DNA from: Sphingomicrobium sp.
Lineage (GTDB): Bacteria > Pseudomonadota > Alphaproteobacteria > Sphingomonadales > Sphingomonadaceae
DNA length: 64,000 nucleotides
Reading direction: 5' to 3'
Assembly: GCA_036376635.1 (NCBI GenBank)
Contig: DASUZY010000052.1
Coordinates: 7,905 to 71,904 of the forward strand
This document shows positions 20,101-27,833 of this stretch, piece by piece (the first letter of the stretch is position 1; each line of letters opens with the position of its first letter). The notes below the pieces were generated by a model. That model made no database searches, was not told the origin of the DNA, and saw only the letters and a list, made by a program, of their open reading frames with translations. The position numbers were made by a program, and so were the translations under genes.

Positions 20101-20297
20101 TGAACTTCAGCTTCCGCCCGCGTCCGTACGTTGCACCGGTCGCTCCGGTCATGGCTCCGCCGCCTCCGCCGCCCCCGGCGACGGTGACGTGCGAGTCTGG
20201 TGCGGTGATCACGGCTCCGGGTACCTGCCCGCCGGCTCCGGCGCCGCAGCTTCCGCCGCCGCCACCGCCGCCGGCGCCGGCTCCAGAGCGCGGTTAA
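17103..20297 (+). CDS. TonB-dependent receptor (TBDR3) with a C-terminal polyPro/C-x11-C/PERG tail
   Basis: ATG 17103 after agggag SD; TonB box QEIVITGT; LRGLTVNSTLVLMDG; YGADAIGGVVNLI; last strand GRAFRLGVNFSF followed by a 60-aa tail. Confidence 0.95.
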   Translation: MTLTKSRIAAGWRCGTAATAIAVAAIATPAFAQDQGASSTSTAAKDQNQGTAAPQVGTNAPAVPVSNVNPGATPSNQEIVITGTMFRRTNTETPSPVTVLSSETLSRRGITTVADAVRSISADNSGSVPTAFSNGFGSGGAAPSLRGLTVNSTLVLMDGQRISIFPLADDGQRNFVDLNTLPRVALDRIEVLKDGASSTYGADAIGGVVNLITRKSFNGLDANIEGGITQKGDGAHWRGSFLAGTGDYDNRGFNIYVGGEYELNKAIYTADRGFPYNTANLSNLPGGQDLNWGTFINGSSSQSPVFVTVPASQSDLTDPRTGSIISGGASVILNPSQCGAFNGSIVPGTNGGQTCEINQYLIKPGLTIQPKTVRYGGVVRASVRVSDNSEAYVMGSFYRSQATVYPLGARTRSTNPINTTSLVLPAYLTNGSIDPYDPFASAGCDATDTTAANYCPAALLRFRFPNIARTATGTSSVWRIAAGINGGFGDAWHYQVDATASASDLHRVSTGNIYYPALANAINNGLYNFADPLATPANVVNDILRTVDTTSQSQLFGVQGTISRALFQLPGGPLQLGVGAQIRHEELDNPNQNPNNDFIDVNQVFAKGQRTVEAGYFEISAPIVKQLEVDVSGRYDHYSAGFSAFSPKAGFKFTPIRQLAFRGTYSRGFRAPSFAESGGGVIGFTTVRPPCIVRITHGATGDADNCSGGDNYVNSQALGYNSAGNPNLKPEKSRNFTLGVVAQPIAPLSFTLDYYNIKKTDVITQGPLANTAIENFYEGLPLPPGYSVQTYPADPDFPNGIPVVSIVNTPYVNAASIQTSGLDFSALFQKRFSPSVRFSSTLEVTKILKFNLTPCGGCAVQHYAGTLGPYQLSSGAGTPDWRGNWSNSLEFGRATVTATANYIGSYWDYSEDTSALPITDKCVAAGDLYDSHFCKTKKFIWVDLVGSFKLNDNVTIYGNVLNLFNAHAPIEPANYAGAAANYNPTWDQAGAIGRAFRLGVNFSFRPRPYVAPVAPVMAPPPPPPPATVTCESGAVITAPGTCPPAPAPQLPPPPPPPAPAPERG

Positions 20298-20310
20298 GCG
20301 ATACACAAAA

Positions 20311-20372
20311 GGGGGAGGGCGCTTCGGCACCCCCCCCACCGACTCCAGAGGCGCCTTCGGGCGCCTCTTTTT
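20311..20372. terminator. Tandem UUCG hairpins; probably a bidirectional terminator between TBDR3 and clpB
   Basis: Imperfect gggggagggcgc-ttcg-gcacccccccc, then perfect agaggcgcc-ttcg-ggcgcctct followed by tttt. Confidence 0.8.
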
Positions 20373-22974
20373 ATTCCGCGGCCTCTCGCATTTCTGTCGC
20401 CGGCGTAAGCACGAGTTGCCCGTCGCCTTCATCGACACGCACCGTCGACCCATCGGCGATTTCGCCTGCCAGAATCCGATCGGCTAGTGGGTCCTGCAGA
20501 TATTTCTGCACCGCCCGCTTCAGAGGCCGTGCGCCGTAGATCGGATCATATCCGACCCTCCCAAGCCAAGCGCGAGCTGCGTCCGTGAGCTCGAGCCTGA
20601 TCTTGCGGTCATCGAGCAGCTTCTGCAGCCGCGCAACCTGGATATCGACGATCGGCCCCATGTGGCCGGCGCCGAGGCGGTGGAACAGGATGATCTCGTC
20701 TAGGCGATTGAGGAACTCAGGCCTGAAATGGCCGCGCACCACCTCCATCACCTGCGGCTCGGCCTTCTCGACCGGCTCGTCCTCGCCGAGCTGTGCCAGA
20801 TATTGCGAACCCAGGTTCGATGTCAGGATGATGATCGAGTTGGTAAAGTCGACCGTGCGGCCCTGACCGTCGGTCAGGCGGCCGTCGTCGAGTACCTGCA
20901 GCAGTACGTTGAACACATCGCCGTGCGCCTTCTCGACCTCGTCGAACAGGACGACCTGATAGGGCCGCCGCCGAACTGCTTCGGTCAGCACGCCGCCTTC
21001 CTCATACCCGACATAGCCCGGAGGGGCGCCGATCAGCCGGGCGACCGCGTGCTTCTCCATGAACTCGGACATGTCGATCCGAACCATCGCTGACGAATCG
21101 TCGAACAGGAATTCGGCCAGCGCCTTGGTCAGCTCGGTCTTGCCGACGCCCGTGGGCCCGAGGAACAGGAAGGAGCCGAGCGGCCGGTTCGGGTCCTGCA
21201 GGCCCGCGCGGGCGCGCCGGACGGCGGCGGATACGGCCTTCACCGCATCTTCCTGCCCGATCACCCGGGCGCCAATCGCACTTTCCATGCTCAGCAGCTT
21301 CTCGCGCTCGCCCTCCATCATCCGCTCGACCGGAATCCCGGTCCAGCGGCTAACGACGCCCGCGATATCCTGATCGGTAACCTCCTCGCGCAACATTGCG
21401 CCCTGTGAGGCGGCCTGCGCGTCGGCGAGTTGCTTCTCCAGCTGCGGGATGCGCCCATATTGGAGCTCACCTGCCTTCGCGAGATCACCGCTGCGCTGCG
21501 CCTGCTCGAGTTCCAGCCGGCACGCGTCGAGCTGCTCCTTGATCTTCGCTTCGCCGGCGATCTTCTCTTTCTCAGCCTGCCAGCGCGTGGTGAGCTCGGC
21601 GGACTGCTGCTCAAGATTGGCCAGCTCCTCCTCAAGCTTGGCGAGGCGGTCCTTCGACGCTTTGTCCTGCTCCTTCTTGAGCGCCTCGCGCTCGATCTTG
21701 AGCTGGATGATGCGGCGGTCGAGGTTCTCGATCTCCTCGGGCTTGGACTCGACTTCCATGCGGATCCGGCTTGCAGCCTCGTCCATCAGGTCGATTGCTT
21801 TGTCCGGCAGGAAACGGTCAGTGATGTAGCGATTGCCCAGCGTGGCGGCGGCGACGATCGCCGCGTCGGTGATCCGCACTCCGTGGTGAAGCTCGTACTT
21901 CTCCTTGAGGCCGCGCAGGATCGAGATTGTGTCGGGTACGCTGGGCTCACCGACGAACACCGGCTGAAAGCGCCGCTCCAGCGCTGCGTCCTTCTCGATA
22001 TACTTGCGATATTCATCGAGCGTCGTCGCACCGATGCAATGCAACTCGCCGCGGGCCAGGGCCGGCTTTAGCAGATTGCCGGCGTCCATTGCGCCCTCGG
22101 CTTTCCCGGCGCCGACCAGCGTGTGCATCTCGTCGATGAACAGGATGATGTCGCCCTCGGCCTGGCGCACCTCGTCGAGCACGCCTTTCAGCCGCTCCTC
22201 GAATTCGCCGCGATATTTTGCACCCGCGATCAGCGCGCCCATGTCGAGGGCGAGCAGCCGCTTGTCCTTGATGCCGTCGGGCACGTCGCCGTTGGTGATG
22301 CGCAGCGCGAGGCCCTCGGCGATAGCGGTCTTGCCGACGCCAGGCTCACCGATGAGCACCGGGTTGTTCTTGGTGCGGCGGGCGAGCACCTGGATGGTGC
22401 GCCGAATTTCCTCGTCGCGGCCGATGACCGGGTCGAGCTTGCCGTTGCGTGCGGCCTCGGTGAGATCGCGGGCATATTTCTTCAGCGCGTCGTAACGATC
22501 CTCGGCGCCTTGCGTGTCCGCTGTGCGACCACCGCGCAGTTGCTCAATTGCCGAGTTGAGATTCTGCGGCGTTAGCCCGGCCTTAGCTAGCGCATTACCA
22601 ACGTCGGTGCCCTTGGCCAGTGCCATCGCCAACAGGATGCGTTCGACCGTGACGTAGCTGTCGCCAGCCTTCTTCGCGACCTGCTCGGCCTGGTCGAGGA
22701 TCCGAATCGTATCGCCGTCGAGGGCCGGCGCCTGCGAAGCTCCACTACCGGTAACCGCCGGGATTTTTGCGACCAGCTGATCGACTTCGCGCTTGGCAGC
22801 TTTCGCATCGCCGCCGGCGGCGTCGATCAGGCTAGCGGCCATGCCCTGCTCATCGTCGAGCAGCGCCTTCAGCAGATGCGCCGGAGCGATGCGCTGATTG
22901 TTCTCGCGAACGGCAATCGTCTGCGCGGCCTGCAGGAATCCCCGCGCACGATCCGTCAGCTTTTCAAAATCCAT
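20371..22974 (-). CDS. clpB: ATP-dependent chaperone ClpB
   Basis: Two AAA+ modules (GEPGVGKT; GPTGVGKT), [11 protein letters not shown], a middle coiled coil and GARPLKR. Confidence 0.98.
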   Translation of the reverse strand: MDFEKLTDRARGFLQAAQTIAVRENNQRIAPAHLLKALLDDEQGMAASLIDAAGGDAKAAKREVDQLVAKIPAVTGSGASQAPALDGDTIRILDQAEQVAKKAGDSYVTVERILLAMALAKGTDVGNALAKAGLTPQNLNSAIEQLRGGRTADTQGAEDRYDALKKYARDLTEAARNGKLDPVIGRDEEIRRTIQVLARRTKNNPVLIGEPGVGKTAIAEGLALRITNGDVPDGIKDKRLLALDMGALIAGAKYRGEFEERLKGVLDEVRQAEGDIILFIDEMHTLVGAGKAEGAMDAGNLLKPALARGELHCIGATTLDEYRKYIEKDAALERRFQPVFVGEPSVPDTISILRGLKEKYELHHGVRITDAAIVAAATLGNRYITDRFLPDKAIDLMDEAASRIRMEVESKPEEIENLDRRIIQLKIEREALKKEQDKASKDRLAKLEEELANLEQQSAELTTRWQAEKEKIAGEAKIKEQLDACRLELEQAQRSGDLAKAGELQYGRIPQLEKQLADAQAASQGAMLREEVTDQDIAGVVSRWTGIPVERMMEGEREKLLSMESAIGARVIGQEDAVKAVSAAVRRARAGLQDPNRPLGSFLFLGPTGVGKTELTKALAEFLFDDSSAMVRIDMSEFMEKHAVARLIGAPPGYVGYEEGGVLTEAVRRRPYQVVLFDEVEKAHGDVFNVLLQVLDDGRLTDGQGRTVDFTNSIIILTSNLGSQYLAQLGEDEPVEKAEPQVMEVVRGHFRPEFLNRLDEIILFHRLGAGHMGPIVDIQVARLQKLLDDRKIRLELTDAARAWLGRVGYDPIYGARPLKRAVQKYLQDPLADRILAGEIADGSTVRVDEGDGQLVLTPATEMREAAE

Positions 22975-23038
22975 CGAGTCTTACCCCTCTTTCCTGGGGC
23001 CGATATGGTGTTGCATTAGGGCAACACAACCCCGAAGC

Positions 23039-23860
23039 TCAAGGTTTTGGCTGCACGGTTTGAACCGGTTGAGCAGATGGCGTGGTTATGGAAGCCGGAG
23101 TTGCAGTTGACTGCGCTGGGACCGGGCCGGGCGGTGCCGGGATTGGCTGTCCGATCGAGGCCGCGTCTTCCGGATGAACGATCGGTGGACATTCGGCGGC
23201 AACTGCCGGGTCCATATTCCAGCGACGGTATTTCATGCTGTCGATGTGGAAGCGCATGTAAGCATAGAAGCCGAGGCCGGCGTTGTAAGCTGCGCCATGT
23301 TCCGAGTGAGGGGCGCACAGCTTGCGCATCATCGTCACGCGGTCGATCGGAGTGAGCGGCACCATGTCGATCGCCGAATCCATCTTGTGCGCGCTCTCGG
23401 GCGCTCCTCCGGCACAGACGTTCAGCTGCGGATTGCGATAGACGGACACCGCTTCAACCGGCCCGATCGCTGGAACGACATAATCGCGCACGTACCGGAG
23501 CGTCTGCACCATGTGCGGCCACTCGCTGCTCGGCGGCACCTCGAACGGCTGCCCGCCGCAATCCTTCCATGCTGTCGCGGTGCGTAGGAGCTGCCACGTC
23601 GGAAGCACGCCGCCGGCGTCGGCGGCGACAAGATAATCGTTGAAAGCCTTGACCTGTCCGGCGCGCGCCGGATCGGCGAGGTACCAGGACCGGTAGCCGG
23701 GCTCGTCCTGCCCTGCAGTGATGTACGGCCCGACCGGGTCCCAAACGGCCGGTGCTGCTGCCACTGACGGAGCCGGTGCAGGCTGAACGGGAGGAGCGGA
23801 GGCGGTCTGCGCCACTGCTGGAGCGCAAAGCGCAGCCAGAGCCAGGAAAAGCGATTTCAT
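23039..23860 (-). CDS. Secreted peptidase M15 (D-Ala-D-Ala carboxypeptidase-like) with Pro-rich termini
   Basis: Start reassigned to ATG 23860 (MKSLFLALAALCAPAVA, signal peptide); SVYRN...SAH-x6-D; HID near the end of the domain. Confidence 0.8.
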   Translation of the reverse strand: MKSLFLALAALCAPAVAQTASAPPVQPAPAPSVAAAPAVWDPVGPYITAGQDEPGYRSWYLADPARAGQVKAFNDYLVAADAGGVLPTWQLLRTATAWKDCGGQPFEVPPSSEWPHMVQTLRYVRDYVVPAIGPVEAVSVYRNPQLNVCAGGAPESAHKMDSAIDMVPLTPIDRVTMMRKLCAPHSEHGAAYNAGLGFYAYMRFHIDSMKYRRWNMDPAVAAECPPIVHPEDAASIGQPIPAPPGPVPAQSTATPASITTPSAQPVQTVQPKP

Positions 23861-23924
23861 TGCCGACGATGATACTCGCGCGCTGCAGGTTGAAAAGCGC
23901 TGAACAGCCGCCGACATCGCGTAA

Positions 23925-24239
23925 ATGACTCAGCCCATCGACATCGATCTGCCCCACAACCTTGGCAAGGAAGAGGCCAGGCGCCGCATCGCCAACAACA
24001 TCCACAAACTGCAGGAGCACATCCCCGGCGGAGCGAGTGTTCAGTCCGGTTGGAGTGGAGACCAGCTTAACCTCCAGGTCAGCGCAATGGGCGAGGCGGT
24101 CAACGCCGCGATCGACGTGCAGGAGACGAAAGTGCACCTGAAAGTGCTTTTGCCCGGCATGCTCGGAATGTTTTCGGGCATCGTACAGGCGGCCCTGCAG
24201 AAGAAGGGCAGCGTCCTGCTGGAAGATCACCGCGAGTAA
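23925..24239 (+). CDS. Polyhydroxyalkanoic acid system family protein
   Basis: IDLPHNLGKEEARRRI N-terminus and ~100-aa size match this family. Confidence 0.8.
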   Translation: MTQPIDIDLPHNLGKEEARRRIANNIHKLQEHIPGGASVQSGWSGDQLNLQVSAMGEAVNAAIDVQETKVHLKVLLPGMLGMFSGIVQAALQKKGSVLLEDHRE

Positions 24240-24322
24240 TTCGTCATTGCGACGAGCGTAGGGACACGGCAATCCATTGTGGCGGCTGGATTGCGTCGCC
24301 GCGTCGCAAGGACGGAGGGTGA

Positions 24323-25621
24323 ATGCGGCACTTTGCGATTGTCGGTTCGGGCCCTGCCGGTTTCTACACGGCCGAGGCGCTCGAAAAGGCCTATGGCGAC
24401 CACGCGCGCATCGACATCCTCGACCGTTTCCCGGTCCCGTACGGCCTGATCCGCTTCGGTGTGGCGCCCGACCACCAGTCGTTGAAGGCGGTCAGCAAAC
24501 GCTACGACAAGGTTGCCGAGACGGCAGACGTCGATTTCATCGGCAACGTGACTGTCGGGCGCGACATATCGGTCGAGGAGTTGCTCGACCTCTATGATGC
24601 GGTGATCCTCGCCACCGGTGCACCGCATGACCGAAAGCTCGGCATTCCGGGCGAGGACCTGCCTGGCGTTGTGGGCTCGGCGGAGTTTGTCGGTTGGTAC
24701 AATGGCCATCCGGAGTTTGCCGATCTCGATCCATTTCTGGGTGGCTCGCACGCGGCCGTGATCGGCAACGGTAATGTCGCGCTCGATTGCGCGCGGATTC
24801 TGTCGAAGACGAGGCACGAGTTCGAAGGGTCGGACATCGTCAATCACGCGCTCGACGCGCTCGATAAGTCCGCGATCCGCACGGTCACGATCCTCGGCCG
24901 CAGAGGGCCGCATCAGATTGCGATGACTCCCAAGGAACTGGGTGAGCTTGGACATCTGGAAGCGGCGGTCCCGGCCGTCGAGGCCGCTGATTTTCCGCCA
25001 GTCGAGGCCGACGAGCCTCTCGAGCCGGGCTTGCGTAAATCTGTGAGCCTGCTGCGCGGTTTCCTCGATCTGGAAGCAACCAAGGCCAAGCGCATCGTCT
25101 TCGACTTCTTTGCCAAGCCAGTGGCTGTTGAAGGTAACGGCAAGGTCGAGCGGATCATCGTCGAGCGAACGAAGCTCGACGAGAGCGGCGCGGCGCGCGG
25201 CACGGGCGAGACGTATGAGGTGCCCGCATCGCTCGTGGTCTCCGCAATCGGTTATTCGACCTCGCCTATCCCCGAAGTCCCTTTCGAAGGTGGCAAGTTC
25301 GTCAACCAACAGGGCCGCATTGCTGACCGCCTTTACGCGGTCGGCTGGGCTCGGCGCGGCCCTAGCGGGACCATCGGCACCAATCGTCCTGACGGCTACG
25401 AGGTCGCCGACCAGGTTGCGGCGGCGATGCCTTCCGGAAGCGCAGGGGGCAAATCGGGCGCGGAGGGCCTGAAGCGCTTATTGGCGAGCCGCGAGGTGAT
25501 GGCGACCGACTATGACGACTGGCGTCGGATCGAGGAGACCGAGACCGCCAACGCCCGCCCCGGAAGTCCGCGCGAGAAGTTCGTCCGTCATGAACACTGG
25601 CTGCAGACGATCGGCCGCTGA
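24323..25621 (+). CDS. FAD-dependent ferredoxin-NADP+ reductase (adrenodoxin-reductase/FprA type)
   Basis: IVGSGPAGFY, PYGLIRFGVAPDH, VIGNGNVALD, GRRGP, GWARRGPSGTIGTN. Confidence 0.9.
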   Translation: MRHFAIVGSGPAGFYTAEALEKAYGDHARIDILDRFPVPYGLIRFGVAPDHQSLKAVSKRYDKVAETADVDFIGNVTVGRDISVEELLDLYDAVILATGAPHDRKLGIPGEDLPGVVGSAEFVGWYNGHPEFADLDPFLGGSHAAVIGNGNVALDCARILSKTRHEFEGSDIVNHALDALDKSAIRTVTILGRRGPHQIAMTPKELGELGHLEAAVPAVEAADFPPVEADEPLEPGLRKSVSLLRGFLDLEATKAKRIVFDFFAKPVAVEGNGKVERIIVERTKLDESGAARGTGETYEVPASLVVSAIGYSTSPIPEVPFEGGKFVNQQGRIADRLYAVGWARRGPSGTIGTNRPDGYEVADQVAAAMPSGSAGGKSGAEGLKRLLASREVMATDYDDWRRIEETETANARPGSPREKFVRHEHWLQTIGR

Positions 25622-25712
25622 TTGCGGCCTTGCGCTTGTCCCAACCCCCTTCTATCTAGCCGCGGCCTTGGCTCCCGCCGCGACCCAAAGTCGCACTCAA
25701 GCGGGTTCCGGT

Positions 25713-25789
25713 CGGGGAGTAGCTCAGCCTGGTAGAGCACTGTCTTCGGGAGGCAGGGGCCGGAGGTTCGAATCCTCTCTCCCCGACCA
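25713..25789 (+). tRNA. tRNA-Pro (anticodon CGG)
   Basis: 77-nt cloverleaf; anticodon loop TT-CGG-GA; GTTCGAATC T-loop; encoded CCA. Confidence 0.95.
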
Positions 25790-25870
25790 CTTAATTCGTC
25801 CGGTTTGATCGGCACGACTGATCCAAGTCAGTAGCCATAATCTTAACCCTAATTCCCTTAGGTTCGGCCC

Positions 25871-27157
25871 ATGGAAGGTGCCGTTCGACGCCTGCGTATT
25901 GGGCGCGCGATCCCGTTGGGCTGCGCGCTCGCGGCGCTATGGACCGCACCCGCTTATGCCGATTCCGATCTCAAGCTCTTCACGCTCAGTAATTTCGAAT
26001 TGAGCGGCGATGTCCGCGTCGCTGCGGTGAATGGCGAACAGAGCTGGGTCGACAGGGGCTTCGGCAAATTGCGTTCGGGAAGCGACGGCCACCTTAGCAT
26101 TGAGCCACAGCTGGGCAACGCGAGCCTCGTTTGGAAGCCGCAGTTCACCTGGTCGGTGGGCGCCGTGGTCGTTGGGCAAGTCGAAGGCGGGCAGCGCACT
26201 GAGGCTGGTCTCAGCCAAGCTTATTTCACCTACCGGCCCATGCGCAGCAGCAATATCGCGTTCTCGGCGCGAGCGGGACTGATGTGGCCACCGGTCAGCT
26301 TGGAGCACGAAGGAACGGACTGGCATGTCAGGGACTCAATCACTCCATCCGCCATCAACAGCTGGATCGGCGAAGAGGTGAAGCCGCTGGCCGCCGAAGG
26401 CACGATTGCCGCGAAATTGGCGGAGAACAGGATTCGCGCGACCGCCGCGATCATGGTTGCGAACGACACGGCGGGAACGTTGCTGACCTTCCGTGGCTGG
26501 GCCCTGCATGATCGGACAACGCTCGCATTTCGGGACGAGCCCCTCCCACCGATGGGAGTCTTCACGACCATCCAGGCGCCGGACACGCACCCGCTGAACG
26601 ACATCCACCGGGGCTTCGCCAGGCACCTTGGGTACTACGCAAAGCTCTCGTGGCAGCCGCCGGCGCCAATCCGCTTCGAACTCTTCCATTACGACAATCG
26701 CGCAAACCCGGAGGATTCCACGCCGCAGCTTGTGCCTGAGTGGGGATGGCGGACGCGGTTCACTGATCTGGGCGTAGTTGCCGACCTTGGATCGGGCCTG
26801 CAGCTAAAAGGTCAGGCATTGGAGGGTCGAACGCGGATGGGCTTTCCGATGCCGAGCCGCTGGGTCGATGAGCGATTTAGAGCTGCCTACCTGATGATCA
26901 CCCAATCCTTTGGGAGATTCGGCCTCGCGGCTCGGGCCGACGTATTCGGCACCGACAACCGTGGGAGCCTGTGGGATGCCGAATATGACGAGCATGGCTG
27001 GGCCGGCATGATCGCCGCGAAGCGCGATTGGTCTCACGTGACGACGCTTGTCGAACTGCTGAGGGTGAGGAGCTCAACGCCGGCGCGCGAGTATCTGGCC
27101 GAAGGTCCACAGCAGAGCCAAACGCAACTTCAGGCCGAAGTGCGAATGCACTGGTAA
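25871..27157 (+). CDS. Putative outer-membrane beta-barrel protein
   Basis: Signal peptide ending PAYA; amphipathic Trp/Tyr/Gly-rich strands; ends in an aromatic residue (EVRMHW). Confidence 0.7.
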   Translation: MEGAVRRLRIGRAIPLGCALAALWTAPAYADSDLKLFTLSNFELSGDVRVAAVNGEQSWVDRGFGKLRSGSDGHLSIEPQLGNASLVWKPQFTWSVGAVVVGQVEGGQRTEAGLSQAYFTYRPMRSSNIAFSARAGLMWPPVSLEHEGTDWHVRDSITPSAINSWIGEEVKPLAAEGTIAAKLAENRIRATAAIMVANDTAGTLLTFRGWALHDRTTLAFRDEPLPPMGVFTTIQAPDTHPLNDIHRGFARHLGYYAKLSWQPPAPIRFELFHYDNRANPEDSTPQLVPEWGWRTRFTDLGVVADLGSGLQLKGQALEGRTRMGFPMPSRWVDERFRAAYLMITQSFGRFGLAARADVFGTDNRGSLWDAEYDEHGWAGMIAAKRDWSHVTTLVELLRVRSSTPAREYLAEGPQQSQTQLQAEVRMHW

Positions 27158-27205
27158 CCATCGCGCGATGCAAGGCGTTTACCGTTTCGCGCTTAATTCT
27201 CACAT

Positions 27206-27829
27206 ATGCTGCGCAAGGCGATTCTCGCGTGCGCCCTCGCGGGGGCAGTGCAGCCGCTTTGCGCGGCTCCACTCACCGTTAGAGTCCTCGATACTGCGGG
27301 GCATCCCGTTCGGGATGCCATCGTTGCACTTTACCCTGTTGGGTCAGCTGCGCGCCCGGCGCGAGGCGGGGGCAAGTTCGTCGTGTCGCAGCAGAACCTG
27401 CAGTTTCACCCGTTCCTGACGATCATCCCCGTGGGGGCGGACGTGTCGTTTCCGAACCTCGATCCGACCAAGCACCACGTCTACTCTTTCTCGGCGGCGA
27501 AGAGGTTTGAGCTCAAGCTGTTTGCGAAGGATCAGTCGCGCACCGTTCACTTCGACAAGGCGGGTGTGGTGGCGCTCGGGTGTAACATCCACGACCAGAT
27601 GAGTGCGTTCATCTTCGTCGCGGACAGCGCCTGGACGGCGCGGACCAATGCTCAAGGCCTTGCGAACTTTGGTGATGCGCCCAACGTCCCGGGACGGCTA
27701 GTCGTGTGGCATCCATACCTGCGGGCTCCGGGAGGCGAACTGCAGCAGGCCATCAATCCGACGCAGCGTAGCGCGAGTTTCCAGCTTCGGCTTCGCCCGC
27801 CCCCCGCGATGCCGATGACGGATTATTGA
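27206..27829 (+). CDS. Periplasmic cupredoxin-like ('methylamine utilization') protein
   Basis: Signal peptide; FPNLD..HHVYSFS and GCNIHDQM give an H...C-x2-H-x2-M type-1 Cu-like ligand set. Confidence 0.8.
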   Translation: MLRKAILACALAGAVQPLCAAPLTVRVLDTAGHPVRDAIVALYPVGSAARPARGGGKFVVSQQNLQFHPFLTIIPVGADVSFPNLDPTKHHVYSFSAAKRFELKLFAKDQSRTVHFDKAGVVALGCNIHDQMSAFIFVADSAWTARTNAQGLANFGDAPNVPGRLVVWHPYLRAPGGELQQAINPTQRSASFQLRLRPPPAMPMTDY

Positions 27830-27833
27830 TCGC

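Noticed and set aside
25713-25789. tRNA-Pro(CGG) positioned to serve the CCG-rich TBDR tails
   Set aside because: It is 5.4 kb away with unrelated genes between. tRNAs act in trans, and CCG is the default Pro codon at this GC content.
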